64,000 nt of DNA, taken from the NCBI GenBank assembly GCA_965204755.1, contig OZ242011.1, positions 1,920,001 through 1,984,000 of the forward strand. The letters run 5' to 3'. The notes under the pieces are model-generated. The model was not told the DNA's origin, made no database searches, and saw only the letters and a list, made by a program, of their open reading frames with translations. This DNA comes from Candidatus Marinacidobacterium sp. Lineage in GTDB: Bacteria; Acidobacteriota; Vicinamibacteria; Marinacidobacterales; Marinacidobacteraceae. Positions 17,748 to 27,536 of this stretch are shown piece by piece (position 1 is the stretch's first letter; every line of letters begins with the position of its first letter). Position numbers and translations under genes: made by a program.

Positions 17748-20062
17748 GAGTCCTCCCCTACGCGGGTCGGGACGGTGGCGAGCACGCGGTCGTCTTCGTC
17801 CAGGACGACGACGGAGAGCGCGGCCGTTTCGTGTTCGTCGCCGGACAGCACCAGGCTGACGGAACCGTCCGCGTCCACCGGCTTCGGCTGAGCGACGGAC
17901 TCCCCGGAGGGGCCGCCGAGCCGCAGGGCCGCCGTCCACCCCGCGCCCCCGCCGGCGACGACGAGGCGGCACCGGAACCGTCTCCAGGTCACGGAAGTGA
18001 TGGAAGCGTCCGCCGCGCTCCCGGCCGGGCGCTCGACCACGATGTCCGGCGTCAGGCATTCCTGGATGCTGAGGCCGCCGTGCGCGAAGGCGTCCGACTT
18101 GTTGAAACAGGAGATGCCCGCGGCGGCGGCGAACCATTCCCCGGCGTTCCAACCCCACGGGTAGCGCGGCGCGCCCGGATCCGATTCCCCGGCGATGACC
18201 GCGCACCGCGCCCACCGGGTTTCCGTGAGGTGCTTCGGCAAGTCCGTCTTCGGCAGCCCGCCGGGAAGGAGCAGCCATCCGTGGTCGGTAACCACCCGAA
18301 CCGTCTTCCAGCCGGCGTCCAGAAGGTCGGCGATTCGCCGGGCGAGGCCGTCGAGTTTCTCCGGGAGGCGCGACGCCAGCCCGGCCTGCTCGTGGTGTCC
18401 GGTCTTGTCGATTTCCCCGGTTTCGAGCCACCCGCGCGCCGCCGCCGAGCGGGGTCGGTCGAAGGCGCCGGCGCCGAGGATCTGGTAGCCGCGTTCCGTC
18501 ATCGCCGCGCGAAGGCCGGACGCGTCCACGGCGCGGCCGTCGGAACGGAAGCGGGGCGCGAAGGACTTGTCGAGCGCGGCCGCTTCGAGGTCACCGGCCA
18601 CCGGAGTCACCCCCGCCTTCGCGGTCGCGGTAACCGTCGGGAGCGCCGCCCAACGCGTGTCCACGGCCGCCCGCAGGCCCCGCGCTTCCAGTCGTTCGGC
18701 GAGCCGCCGGCCGAGGTCGTAGCGAAGACCGTCCACGAAGAAGAGGCAGCCGTCCCCGCCCGCTTCGACGAGCGGTTGTTCGCCCGCTCCGGGAAGCGGT
18801 TTCCGGAGAACGGCCCGCTGGAAGGCCAGCGCGGAATCGTGCAGCCACGGTTCCAGCAGGTGCCGCACGACTTCCGACACCAACTCTTCGTCCGCGCCCC
18901 CCACCGCCGCCACCGCTTCCCAGGCGGCCGCGTCGGCGCCCCACCCGCGCTCCAAGTACGCCGACCGCACTTCCTCCGGATCGCCGCCGCCGAGCGGCGA
19001 TTTCGCCGCCGCCGCCAGCCGCGCCAGCGGTTCGAGCGCCGCCGCGAGCGGCGACCGGCCGAGTTTCGCCCAGACCCAACCCCGCCGCTTCCCGTGTTCC
19101 TCCTCGAGTTTCACCACCCGGTCGCACGCTTCCCGCTGCGGCAGCGCGCCCAGCCCGGCGAGCGCGTCGCGGAGCGCCCCTTCGCGCCGTTCGTTCTCCT
19201 TCGGCCAGCGCTCCGGCGCCGCCGTCAGGAGTTTGCCCCGAGGCTGGCTCCGCTTCAGGACATCCACGACCTCGCGGAACGCCGTCGGGGAGTCGGTGAA
19301 TCGAGCCCAGACCGGATCCCATCCGGAAGCGCCCGAACCGAGACGCTGCCCGGCCTCCACCTCCGATTTCTCCCCGGGATCGAAGTCCAAGTCCTTCGCG
19401 CACTGGCCGCGGAAGGCGTCCCAGCGTTCCCCCAGCCGGGCGCGCGTCCCCGACGGGTCACCCATCCAGAGGAGGAGATCCCGGCGGGCGTCCGCGACCT
19501 GAAGCCGTTGGAAGTCGTCCGCTTCCAGCCGCCGACCCCGGAGCCGGGCGAGCGGCGTCACCGCCACTTCCGGCAACGCCTGCCGCAGCGCGTCCCTGGT
19601 GTCGCGGTCTTCGGCCACCTCGCACTGCGCCCCGTGGCGCGAACCGAGGAACCCGGCGGCGGTCCAGTCCTTCCCGTTCGGATGCAGCCACGCCGCGCCC
19701 CGATGGAGCAGTTCGATCAGCGGCTTCAGCCGATCCGGGCAGTCGTCGCCGGCGCGGAGGTCTTGCTTCCCGATACCGGGCAGGTAGAGGATCGGCACGC
19801 CCTCGCCGTTGGCAGCGCGGTCCACCTCGCACCGCAACCAGATCGCCGGCCCGGAGCGTTTCTCCGGCTCGTACTCCCCGAGGACGAACAGTTCGGGAAC
19901 CCGTTCGCGCGCCAGGCCGGCGACCCGTTTCCAGTCGCCCTTCGGGTCCGGCCAGAGGATCGCCGCCGGCCGCGTCTCCCCGTCCACCGGGACGCCGCGG
20001 GCGCGGAGGCTCTCGATCACCCGGTCGAGCAGCGTCGCCTCGTCCCGCGGCAGCAGGTTCAC
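17744..20062 (-). CDS. pglZ: BREX-1 phosphatase PglZ (type B)
   Basis: AAILWPD, GPAIWLRC, FVDGLRYD, LPTVTATAK, VTDHG and HGGLSIQE motifs. Confidence 0.95.
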   Translation of the reverse strand: MNLLPRDEATLLDRVIESLRARGVPVDGETRPAAILWPDPKGDWKRVAGLARERVPELFVLGEYEPEKRSGPAIWLRCEVDRAANGEGVPILYLPGIGKQDLRAGDDCPDRLKPLIELLHRGAAWLHPNGKDWTAAGFLGSRHGAQCEVAEDRDTRDALRQALPEVAVTPLARLRGRRLEADDFQRLQVADARRDLLLWMGDPSGTRARLGERWDAFRGQCAKDLDFDPGEKSEVEAGQRLGSGASGWDPVWARFTDSPTAFREVVDVLKRSQPRGKLLTAAPERWPKENERREGALRDALAGLGALPQREACDRVVKLEEEHGKRRGWVWAKLGRSPLAAALEPLARLAAAAKSPLGGGDPEEVRSAYLERGWGADAAAWEAVAAVGGADEELVSEVVRHLLEPWLHDSALAFQRAVLRKPLPGAGEQPLVEAGGDGCLFFVDGLRYDLGRRLAERLEARGLRAAVDTRWAALPTVTATAKAGVTPVAGDLEAAALDKSFAPRFRSDGRAVDASGLRAAMTERGYQILGAGAFDRPRSAAARGWLETGEIDKTGHHEQAGLASRLPEKLDGLARRIADLLDAGWKTVRVVTDHGWLLLPGGLPKTDLPKHLTETRWARCAVIAGESDPGAPRYPWGWNAGEWFAAAAGISCFNKSDAFAHGGLSIQECLTPDIVVERPAGSAADASITSVTWRRFRCRLVVAGGGAGWTAALRLGGPSGESVAQPKPVDADGSVSLVLSGDEHETAALSVVVLDEDDRVLATVPTRVGEDS

Positions 20063-21381
20063 GATTCGCCTCCGCCGGGGTAGGGGCGAGGCGCGGGATT
20101 CGGCCAGCCGCCGGATTCCGCGGCCAACTCGCCGTCCGGATTCGCATTGAAGAGGCGGATGACGAAGATGTCGCGTTCCGCCGAGATCTCCGGCGGGGGC
20201 AAGGAGTTCTTCCGCATTTCGTTGTGGATGCGGGTCACGCCCTCTCCCTTGCCGTGCATGTAGCCGGCGGCGGCGAGGGCGCGAGCCAGCAGCGGATTCC
20301 GGGAGGAGTGCGCGCGAGCCCCTTCTCGCAGTTCCGCCTCGGTCGCCGGAGGCATTACCCCACCGGGACTCTCGACCTCCACGCGATCCGCAAAGAACCA
20401 GACCTCCGTTTCGCGCCCCTGGATCCCGTAGTCGCGGTGCGCGACGGCGTTGACGATCGCTTCCCGGAGGGCGAACTCCGGAATCTCCGAGAAGGTTTCG
20501 AACCGCATGCCGTTGAAGCGCTCCACGCGGCGGATTTGCGTGGGGCAGACCAGGAGCGCGTCTCGCAGCGCGTCGGCGACCGGGGCTTCGAGCGTCGCGA
20601 GTTGGCTCACATTCCGATGCCGGCCGGGCCGTCGCTCGGTCCCGAAAACGCGAAAGAGGCGGATGCCGGCCCGCGGATGCGACGGGTAACCCGCGCGTCG
20701 TCCGAAGAGGAGCAGGGCGGCGTTCGTGAGCCGCCAGTCGTGCGGCCCATGTTCGATCAACCCATAGTGACGGAGGGCATCGACCGGCGACCGCCCTCCG
20801 AGCGGCGTCCGTTCCATGAAGCGTCCGACGAGGCCCAGGTCCAACGCGTCCAAGGTGGCATCCGGGCTGAATCGCGGCTCATAGCCGCCACCCCGATACG
20901 CCTGCTTCTTCGCACTTATGGTCTCTTGCCGCTCGCGGACGATCTGCGCCCCGACGCGGTACGGGAACCCGTTCCCTTCGACCGTGACTGCTTCGGGCGC
21001 CATGCCGGCGGCGAAGACCAGGACCTCGAAATCCCCGACCCTTCCTCGCGCGGCGTGGCAGGAGACGCAGCGGTCGAGTCGCGTCTCGGGGACGGCGAGC
21101 AGGCCCTCCACCACATTCTCGGGATAGCCGTGACCCGACGGAGCGCGGTCGTCCTCCACGCCCACGAGCAACACTCCACCGTCGGCGTTGGCGAACGCGG
21201 CGACCACTTCCGCGATCTCGTCGCGGAGCGCCCGTCGCGGAAGCGGCGTCGCCCGGTCTCCGCTTCGATCCCAGGCGGACTTGAACTCGAGGAACTGCCC
21301 TTCGCCACGCTCGATCAGCGCGACCAGTTCGGACTCGGTGTAATCGAACGCGCGCCCGGGAGCGACTTCGTTCCCCGTCAT
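20059..21381 (-). CDS. AlbA_2 (Schlafen-like) plus HATPase_c_4 protein
   Basis: GEGQFLEFKS, AFANADGGVLLVGVED, EAIVNAVAHRDY, VESPGG and SRNPLL motifs; 4-nt overlaps with both neighbours. Confidence 0.88.
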   Translation of the reverse strand: MTGNEVAPGRAFDYTESELVALIERGEGQFLEFKSAWDRSGDRATPLPRRALRDEIAEVVAAFANADGGVLLVGVEDDRAPSGHGYPENVVEGLLAVPETRLDRCVSCHAARGRVGDFEVLVFAAGMAPEAVTVEGNGFPYRVGAQIVRERQETISAKKQAYRGGGYEPRFSPDATLDALDLGLVGRFMERTPLGGRSPVDALRHYGLIEHGPHDWRLTNAALLLFGRRAGYPSHPRAGIRLFRVFGTERRPGRHRNVSQLATLEAPVADALRDALLVCPTQIRRVERFNGMRFETFSEIPEFALREAIVNAVAHRDYGIQGRETEVWFFADRVEVESPGGVMPPATEAELREGARAHSSRNPLLARALAAAGYMHGKGEGVTRIHNEMRKNSLPPPEISAERDIFVIRLFNANPDGELAAESGGWPNPAPRPYPGGGES

Positions 21382-22313
21382 CGGCCGCACTTCACCTCCG
21401 CGCCGCAGCGCAGCGGATCGGTGTTCGCGAGGCGCTCGGCGCCGGCCCCAGCGTTCGTCGTCGTTAGCACCGAGTCCCGCTCCTCGTCTGGCGGCGAGGA
21501 AGGAAACGAGCCGGCCCGTTCCCGACTCGCGGCGTAGATCGTCAGCCGGAGGCCGCCGTCCCGCAACTCGTACTCCGGCGTCCGCCCCGAGTGCTCCTCA
21601 CTCCTCTCGAGGATCGGCTCGACTCCCCGGCCGCGCCAATCCATGAGCGTCTCCCGCTCGGTGGCGAGATCCGGGAACTCGGCGGGGACGGGGCACTTCG
21701 CGAGCAGGCTGGTGATCGTCTGGTTCCGGCTGACCTGCCGGTACGCGAGCCACTCCACGGGAGTCTCGCGCGGAGGCTCCCCCGGGGAATCGAGTTCGAG
21801 CCGGTCGGAGAACAGCCTCAGCCGGATCGCGGGTTCGTAGATCGAGTAGTCGCGATGCGCCACGGCGTTCACGACCGCCTCGAAGACCGCGGTGAAGTCG
21901 TACGGCGGAGCGCCGCCGCCCCCGGTTCCCGCTGCGGCGCGCGCGTTCCGGAGGACGAACCGACATGCCTCGGCCACCTGCGCATCGAGCGGGCCGCGGA
22001 TGTCCTGCGCCGCGATCCGGCGACCGCTCTCTTCGCCCTCGCCGCCGGCAGCCCGCCCGCGGTACGCCTCGGCCCGCAGGAACGCGTTCGGCAGCCAGCG
22101 GGTCGTCGGCTCTTTCGCGGCCATCAGGAGGCCGGTGACCGTCGGGCGCAACTCGTCGCCGCGCTCCCGGCGCGCCAGCCCGAACCGGTAGGCCCAAGTT
22201 TCGTCGTCTGCCGACTCTCCGGCGACCCGGAAACGCCGGATGAGCCGCGGGTCGAGGTCGCTGAACGCGGCAGCCGCCACGATTTCTTGGTCGAACTGGA
22301 TTGTCTTGAACAT
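21378..22313 (-). CDS. HATPase_c_4 protein lacking AlbA_2 (alternative start 22337)
   Basis: FDQEIV, PTVTGLL, EAVVNAVAHRDYS, DRLELDSPG and RGRGV motifs; GGGAG upstream of ATG 22313. Confidence 0.82.
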   Translation of the reverse strand: MFKTIQFDQEIVAAAAFSDLDPRLIRRFRVAGESADDETWAYRFGLARRERGDELRPTVTGLLMAAKEPTTRWLPNAFLRAEAYRGRAAGGEGEESGRRIAAQDIRGPLDAQVAEACRFVLRNARAAAGTGGGGAPPYDFTAVFEAVVNAVAHRDYSIYEPAIRLRLFSDRLELDSPGEPPRETPVEWLAYRQVSRNQTITSLLAKCPVPAEFPDLATERETLMDWRGRGVEPILERSEEHSGRTPEYELRDGGLRLTIYAASRERAGSFPSSPPDEERDSVLTTTNAGAGAERLANTDPLRCGAEVKCGR

Positions 22314-22317
22314 TCGC

Positions 22318-23217
22318 TCAGGCTCCCTTCCGGTCATTGGTTGGAGCGAAACGGAAGGTCAGGCGGACGAGATCGCCGTCGGTGCGGTTGATGAGTTCCG
22401 GCTCGGTGCCGTTGAAGTCCCGCATGGCGTTGCGCATGACGAACCAGCCGCGCCCGCGCTTTTCCATCAACCCGGCTTCGACGAGGAAGTTCGCCAGCAT
22501 CTCGTTTCGGGACCACGACCCGCCGCCGACTTTCACCGCCTCCACCGTCATGGGGTTGGGCAGGGTTCCCGGGCTGGTGATCTCGGCCCGGTCGGCGAAG
22601 ACATCGAGCAGGACCGCCGAACCCGTGGCCGTGTAGTCCCGGTGGGCCACCGCGTTGACGAGAGCCTCGCGGAGCGCCTCGGGCGGGAGTCGCGGGATGT
22701 CCTCGCGTTCCACTCCCTCGTACTTCTCCCTCCAGCCGAGCGAGCGGAACCACCCCAGCGCTCGCCGGACCTGTTCGTCCAGAGGGCCGTCGGCTTCCCC
22801 GGCGAGGATGACTTCGGTTCCGCGGTCGTCACCCGCGTAGGCGGCGCACCGAACGAGGAAACTCGTCGTGTACGGGTGAGCCTGCGGCGTCCGGCCGAAC
22901 CGGAGGATGCCGTAGAGGGTCGGGTAGTGCTTGCCGTCATACTCGCGAACGACCCGGAAGTTGCGCCAGTCGGCCACGGTCGCCGGCTGCGGCTCGTTGC
23001 CGGTACGGAAACCGCGAGCGACGAGGAACCTCTCGAACCTCGAAGCGTCCAGATGCGCCAAGTCGGCCGCGGGGACGATCTGTTCCTCGGTAAGCCGAAA
23101 GCGGAGGCCGCTCCACATGTCCGGCCGTTCCGTCGGCGATGGCTCGACACCGCTCCGCAGCCGGCGGCCATCCTCACCGCCGGCGATTCGCCCTTCCACT
23201 TCGGGCCAGTCCGTCAC
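22318..23217 (-). CDS. HATPase_c_4 protein with internally deleted AlbA_2 domain
   Basis: Starts with AlbA-type helix DW.EV..RIAGGED, then TEEQIV, PTLYGIL, EALVNAVAHRDY, ITSPG, SRNE and RGRG. GTG start overlaps the pglX stop. Confidence 0.82.
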   Translation of the reverse strand: MTDWPEVEGRIAGGEDGRRLRSGVEPSPTERPDMWSGLRFRLTEEQIVPAADLAHLDASRFERFLVARGFRTGNEPQPATVADWRNFRVVREYDGKHYPTLYGILRFGRTPQAHPYTTSFLVRCAAYAGDDRGTEVILAGEADGPLDEQVRRALGWFRSLGWREKYEGVEREDIPRLPPEALREALVNAVAHRDYTATGSAVLLDVFADRAEITSPGTLPNPMTVEAVKVGGGSWSRNEMLANFLVEAGLMEKRGRGWFVMRNAMRDFNGTEPELINRTDGDLVRLTFRFAPTNDRKGA

Positions 23218-26200
23218 GCCGTCCCCCTCTCGTTCCCAGTGCCGCTGGCCATGGCGTCTTCCGACGGCTTGTCCGCCAAATCTCGCTCGTGGCGCTCGCG
23301 GGCGGCGCGTTTGGCGGGGAGCGTGTAATGGAGATCGTTCCAACGACTGCCGTCGAATTCGGTACCGCCCATGAAGTCGGTGCGCTCGTCCTTCGTGCCG
23401 GTTCCGGCACAGGCCCAGAACCAAGGAAAATCCTTTTTCGGTCGGATCTCCTTGGGAAGACTAGCTTTGCCCTTCTCCTCGCCCTTACGTCTCATTCGAG
23501 GTCTCTGCGGTTCTGCGCCGCGATCCTTTTTCCAGTGGATCGTCGGCTTGGCCCGCAAAAGACCCGCACCACTCCGGTCGTCGTTCGTGAGTTTTGCCCG
23601 TATGAAGGGGCGTATGTTCAGGCGGACGCCGTCGTCGAGGTCCGGCTCCCAGCCAACAGATTGCCGATGGAGCGGCTTCCACCGGACGAAGAGGTCGAGC
23701 GGTGATTCGCCCTCCAGGATCTTTTGGAGTTGGTACTGAAGTCTCTGAGCGGCCACGAGTCGCCCCTCGGCCCTTGGTGTGCTGTCGTCCTGCGCCGTGT
23801 GCTGCCGAGCGATCCAGTCACCGAGATACCGAAAGGTCATGGACTCGAGCGTCCGTTGCCCCTCGCCGTGCGGGCCGGCCAGCCGGTGGTAGTTGACGAG
23901 GGCGTGGAAGCCGTCGGGAAGCCCGTCCCAGATGTGCCAGACGAGCGGGCGTTGGTGGAAGATGCCGCAGTGTGCCTTGAAGAAATCCCGACGCAGCCAG
24001 TCGTCTAGGTTGTCCGCCTGTCCGCCGGCCGCCGTCCGCAGCAGACGCCGCTCGATCGTCGTGTCCCAGTCGTTCCCGTAGGCGGCGGCGAGAAGGGAGC
24101 GCAAGCGGTCGGCGGCGGGCGCCTCGCCGCCCACAGCGGGCAGGCAGACGATCCCGTCCTCGTCAGCAAACGCGTGGAGATCCGCGCAGCGATCTATCCA
24201 AGCGCGCTGTTCCTCGGCGAGACGCATCTCCGGGTTGCATTCGGCCGGCCAGCGGTACCCGAGCAGCCGCAGGACCGCGACATGTAGAACCGTCGGGTCG
24301 GTTCGGAGAGGCCCGTCCGCAGTACGCTTAGTGTCTTCGTCCCACACGACGCTCCCGCACGGGTGACCGTGGAAGATCCACTGGGTAGGATCGTCGGAAT
24401 AGGGTTCCGGGAGGCCCTTCGGGTACTGTTCGGCGGCGACGGCTTTCCAGCGATCGAGATCGAACGGGACCTTGACAAGAGACGCGTTGGTTACCTTGAG
24501 TGCCTGGTCGATCTCGCGCACTGACCTCGTGTATTCCGGCGTCGCGCAGAAGCACCAGGTGGCTGCGAGTTCGGCGTCGCTCAGCGGGCCGACCGCGCTT
24601 ACGTTGTTGTCGAAATGCTCTCCCGTGTACAGAGTCGCCGACAAGTTCCGAATCTGGGACACTGCCACGCCCTGCTTCTTCCAGATACTCCGGCCGCGTA
24701 TCGTCGCTCCAGGACTCTCGGCGAGTGATCCGCCGGGTCCACAATGCACGACGTGCTCTCTCCCTCCGAAATGCCGTGTCGCGGCGACAGTACTCTGCTG
24801 TGGAACCCACGACGCCGCAAAGTCCGTAGACTCCCAGAACTTCCGACCGAAACGTGCGTAGTCGCCAGTAGTCGTTCCGTTTAGACCGTCACAGAGCCTT
24901 TCGAGAAGCGGCACACTCTCGTCGAATAGACGAATCCGGATTACCGCATCCGGATAGCCGCGCAGCGGTGCCTGTGGTATCAGGTGTACCTCTGCCGTCA
25001 TTCGTAGAGAGTCGGCCTTCTCTCGCGTCGGTAGTCGTGTCTTGCCACGAGTGGAGGCATCAACGCCTGCCATCTCCCATCCATCAACGGGAGAATCGGC
25101 GGACACGATCGTCATCGCGGCGAACGCGCCGGCTGCGGATGTGTCTTGGAAAGCGTGTTCGCCAAGTCTCGCCACGAATCGCCACTGTCTTTGGGATAGC
25201 AGACCTCTGCGCAGTTTACGGTAGGCCTTTAGGAAGAGCCAGTTCTGCGGCACGACGAGTGCTTCGACTCCACTCTCACCCAACAATGCGAAGACCCGCA
25301 CGAGGAATGCCGTAGCCAAGTCATGCTTCGCACTCGGATAGCGAACTCCTAGGAGAGTGGCCAATTCAACACTCTGCCGCTGTCGACTCAGATAGGGCAC
25401 ATTCGTAATGACCAACGAATATGTCTCTGCGAGGAGATCAGCAGCCCCCGCCATTCCGGCGGCAGCGATGGCCTGCTCCCTGCGCTCCGGCTCCTCCTCG
25501 GCTTCTGCGAGAACGGAGTCCAGCAAGGGACGGATGGCGTCGAACCTAGCACCGAAGATGCTCGTGTCGTCATGGCGGGGCTCAATCAGGGAACCGATTG
25601 TCGGTGCCTGGGCGAAGAGGTCGTGCAGTGTTCCGAAGGTCTGGCGGAGTGCGCCCGAGACCAAGGTATCCTGTGTGCGGTAGAGCGTCTTGTCCGGCGC
25701 GGAGCCGGCGGTGCCCGCGGCTCTTTCTGCGAGCGCAATCCATTCATCCTTCGCGGCGTTCGGGGCAAGACCGGAGCAAGCGATCCGGAGAGGCGGGAGT
25801 TCTATGGCCTTTCCGGCGAGTTTCCATGCGGCGAACGCCACCGAGAAGGCGGCGACCTGCGCACACCTCGGGTCTATCTCCAAACCATGGAGGTTGTCGC
25901 GGAGCACCGCCCTGATCGCATCACCAAGAGATAGGCCCTCTTCCTCCATCCGCAGCCGAACGACCAGGTGGAGGCCTTCAACGAGGAAGTGTCCGCTTCC
26001 GCAGCAGGGATCGAGAACACGCAATTCGGCAGCGCGGGCGGGCCACTTGTCGAACGACCCGGCGGCGGGCCGCCAAGGGCCGGAAGCGCCTCCGTTGTCG
26101 GTCCCGTTGCCCGGTTCACGAACGAAGCGCAAGTAGTCGAAGTCGTAGCCGTCCTCCGCCTCGAGGCGCACGGCGCGCCGGAGGTCGTCTTCACTCTCGG

Positions 26201-26936
26201 CGCTCCTCGCGAGTTCGGGACGGTCGGCCAGGAGACGCCCCGCTCGCCACGCGCCCACGGTGTTGTGGAACAGGAAGCGCACCATGTAGGGCTCGGTGAA
26301 CAGTTGGGTCACCGCCGGTAGTTCGTCCGCCCCGATCTTGACGCCGCTCCGGTTCACTTCGTCTTTTCGGTCGGTCTGCCAGAACTGGTAGGTCCAACCG
26401 AGGGCATCATCGGCCAGGAAGACCGCCGGGGGCAGACCGGCGAGTGTCCTCTCGAGTTCTCGCTGCGTCTCCGGGGGAAGCCGCACGGCCAGCGACGGGT
26501 CATCGGGCCGGAAGATGCGCGGCAACATCGCTGCTGCGAATTCGGCGGCCACCGCCCAGATGTCCCTACGGGACTCCCGGGCGATGTCCCGGCACTCGTC
26601 GAGCGACACCGGCACTCCGTGCGTCGGCTCGACCAGCAGCCCGTTCTCGGCGAGGAACCGGGCGAACAGCATCCGGTGCCAATGTTCGTAGGCGACCTCG
26701 TGCGCGAGTCGGCCCACCTCCTGTTCGGCTCCCTGCCGCAGGTCCCCGAGTTGCCGCCCGTGCGCCCGCAGCCGGCGCCGAAGCGCCCGTTCTTCCGCGC
26801 TCAGGGAAGAATCGGGTTCGGCAGCGGCCACCGTGAGCGCCGTAAGCGCGTTGCGAGCCCCGGCCTCCGCCGTCTTCCGTGCCGCCCGCACCGCCTTCGC
26901 CAGTTCCCGGCGCAGTCCCCGATCCAGCGCGCTCAC
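23214..26936 (-). CDS. pglX: BREX adenine methyltransferase PglX (BrxX), about 1240 aa
   Basis: EVAYEHWHRMLFARFLAEN, LGWTYQFWQ, TQLFTEPYMV, motif I VLDPCCGSGHFL, motif IV TNVPY, GVRLNIRPF; GTG 26936 with GGAG RBS. Confidence 0.95.
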   Translation of the reverse strand: MSALDRGLRRELAKAVRAARKTAEAGARNALTALTVAAAEPDSSLSAEERALRRRLRAHGRQLGDLRQGAEQEVGRLAHEVAYEHWHRMLFARFLAENGLLVEPTHGVPVSLDECRDIARESRRDIWAVAAEFAAAMLPRIFRPDDPSLAVRLPPETQRELERTLAGLPPAVFLADDALGWTYQFWQTDRKDEVNRSGVKIGADELPAVTQLFTEPYMVRFLFHNTVGAWRAGRLLADRPELARSAESEDDLRRAVRLEAEDGYDFDYLRFVREPGNGTDNGGASGPWRPAAGSFDKWPARAAELRVLDPCCGSGHFLVEGLHLVVRLRMEEEGLSLGDAIRAVLRDNLHGLEIDPRCAQVAAFSVAFAAWKLAGKAIELPPLRIACSGLAPNAAKDEWIALAERAAGTAGSAPDKTLYRTQDTLVSGALRQTFGTLHDLFAQAPTIGSLIEPRHDDTSIFGARFDAIRPLLDSVLAEAEEEPERREQAIAAAGMAGAADLLAETYSLVITNVPYLSRQRQSVELATLLGVRYPSAKHDLATAFLVRVFALLGESGVEALVVPQNWLFLKAYRKLRRGLLSQRQWRFVARLGEHAFQDTSAAGAFAAMTIVSADSPVDGWEMAGVDASTRGKTRLPTREKADSLRMTAEVHLIPQAPLRGYPDAVIRIRLFDESVPLLERLCDGLNGTTTGDYARFGRKFWESTDFAASWVPQQSTVAATRHFGGREHVVHCGPGGSLAESPGATIRGRSIWKKQGVAVSQIRNLSATLYTGEHFDNNVSAVGPLSDAELAATWCFCATPEYTRSVREIDQALKVTNASLVKVPFDLDRWKAVAAEQYPKGLPEPYSDDPTQWIFHGHPCGSVVWDEDTKRTADGPLRTDPTVLHVAVLRLLGYRWPAECNPEMRLAEEQRAWIDRCADLHAFADEDGIVCLPAVGGEAPAADRLRSLLAAAYGNDWDTTIERRLLRTAAGGQADNLDDWLRRDFFKAHCGIFHQRPLVWHIWDGLPDGFHALVNYHRLAGPHGEGQRTLESMTFRYLGDWIARQHTAQDDSTPRAEGRLVAAQRLQYQLQKILEGESPLDLFVRWKPLHRQSVGWEPDLDDGVRLNIRPFIRAKLTNDDRSGAGLLRAKPTIHWKKDRGAEPQRPRMRRKGEEKGKASLPKEIRPKKDFPWFWACAGTGTKDERTDFMGGTEFDGSRWNDLHYTLPAKRAARERHERDLADKPSEDAMASGTGNERGTA

Positions 26937-26965
26937 GACTCCACTACTCCGCGCTCGGTGCCCAC

Positions 26966-27526
26966 TCAATCGAGCGGCGCGATCTTCCCCGGGGTTTCCC
27001 CGTGCCGCGCCCGTTCCCACGCCTTCAAGAGTTCGTCGCGGTGCTCGGCCGCCCACTCCAGCACGAGCATGCGAGCGCGCTCCCGCAACTCGCCCTCCAA
27101 CAGCATCAGATCGCGAATACCGATCGCGGCCTCCGTTTCCGCATACCGAGCGTGGAAATGTGGCGGCTTGTGCTCCCGAAAATCGATTCGGACGACGATG
27201 CCGTAGAACCGGCTGACTTCGGCGTCTTCCGTTGCGCCCCGCAATCCGGGCATGACTTCCTCGGGAGTCTTGCCCGTGATCTCCATGTAGAGCGCATCGG
27301 GACACAACTCGATCTCGTCGCTCCAGGCGATGCTCCGCCATTCCGAGATGTACACGCCTTCGAAGAAGCGACGATCGTTCCATACCGTGAAAACACCTTC
27401 GCCCGCCAAGTGGGAAAGATCCACTTCCCCCTCGACACCATCGGCGTAGCGCAACCAGATCCGATGCCCTTCTCGCGGCGCCACGGCCACGGGCTGCAGC
27501 AGGTCGTGGTTGGTTTGGGCCGTCAT
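26966..27526 (-). CDS. DUF2442-DUF4160 in-frame fusion (putative antitoxin-toxin pair)
   Basis: N-half: LRYADG..GEVDL...W...ELCPDALY (DUF2442). C-half: EVSRFYGIV...EHKPPHFHARY...LEWA..H (DUF4160). Confidence 0.85.
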   Translation of the reverse strand: MTAQTNHDLLQPVAVAPREGHRIWLRYADGVEGEVDLSHLAGEGVFTVWNDRRFFEGVYISEWRSIAWSDEIELCPDALYMEITGKTPEEVMPGLRGATEDAEVSRFYGIVVRIDFREHKPPHFHARYAETEAAIGIRDLMLLEGELRERARMLVLEWAAEHRDELLKAWERARHGETPGKIAPLD

Positions 27527-27536
27527 GCCGAAGTCG

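Noticed and set aside
23214-27383. pglX N-terminal extension to 27383
   Set aside because: It overlaps the DUF2442-DUF4160 gene in another frame; PglX homology and an RBS begin at 26936.
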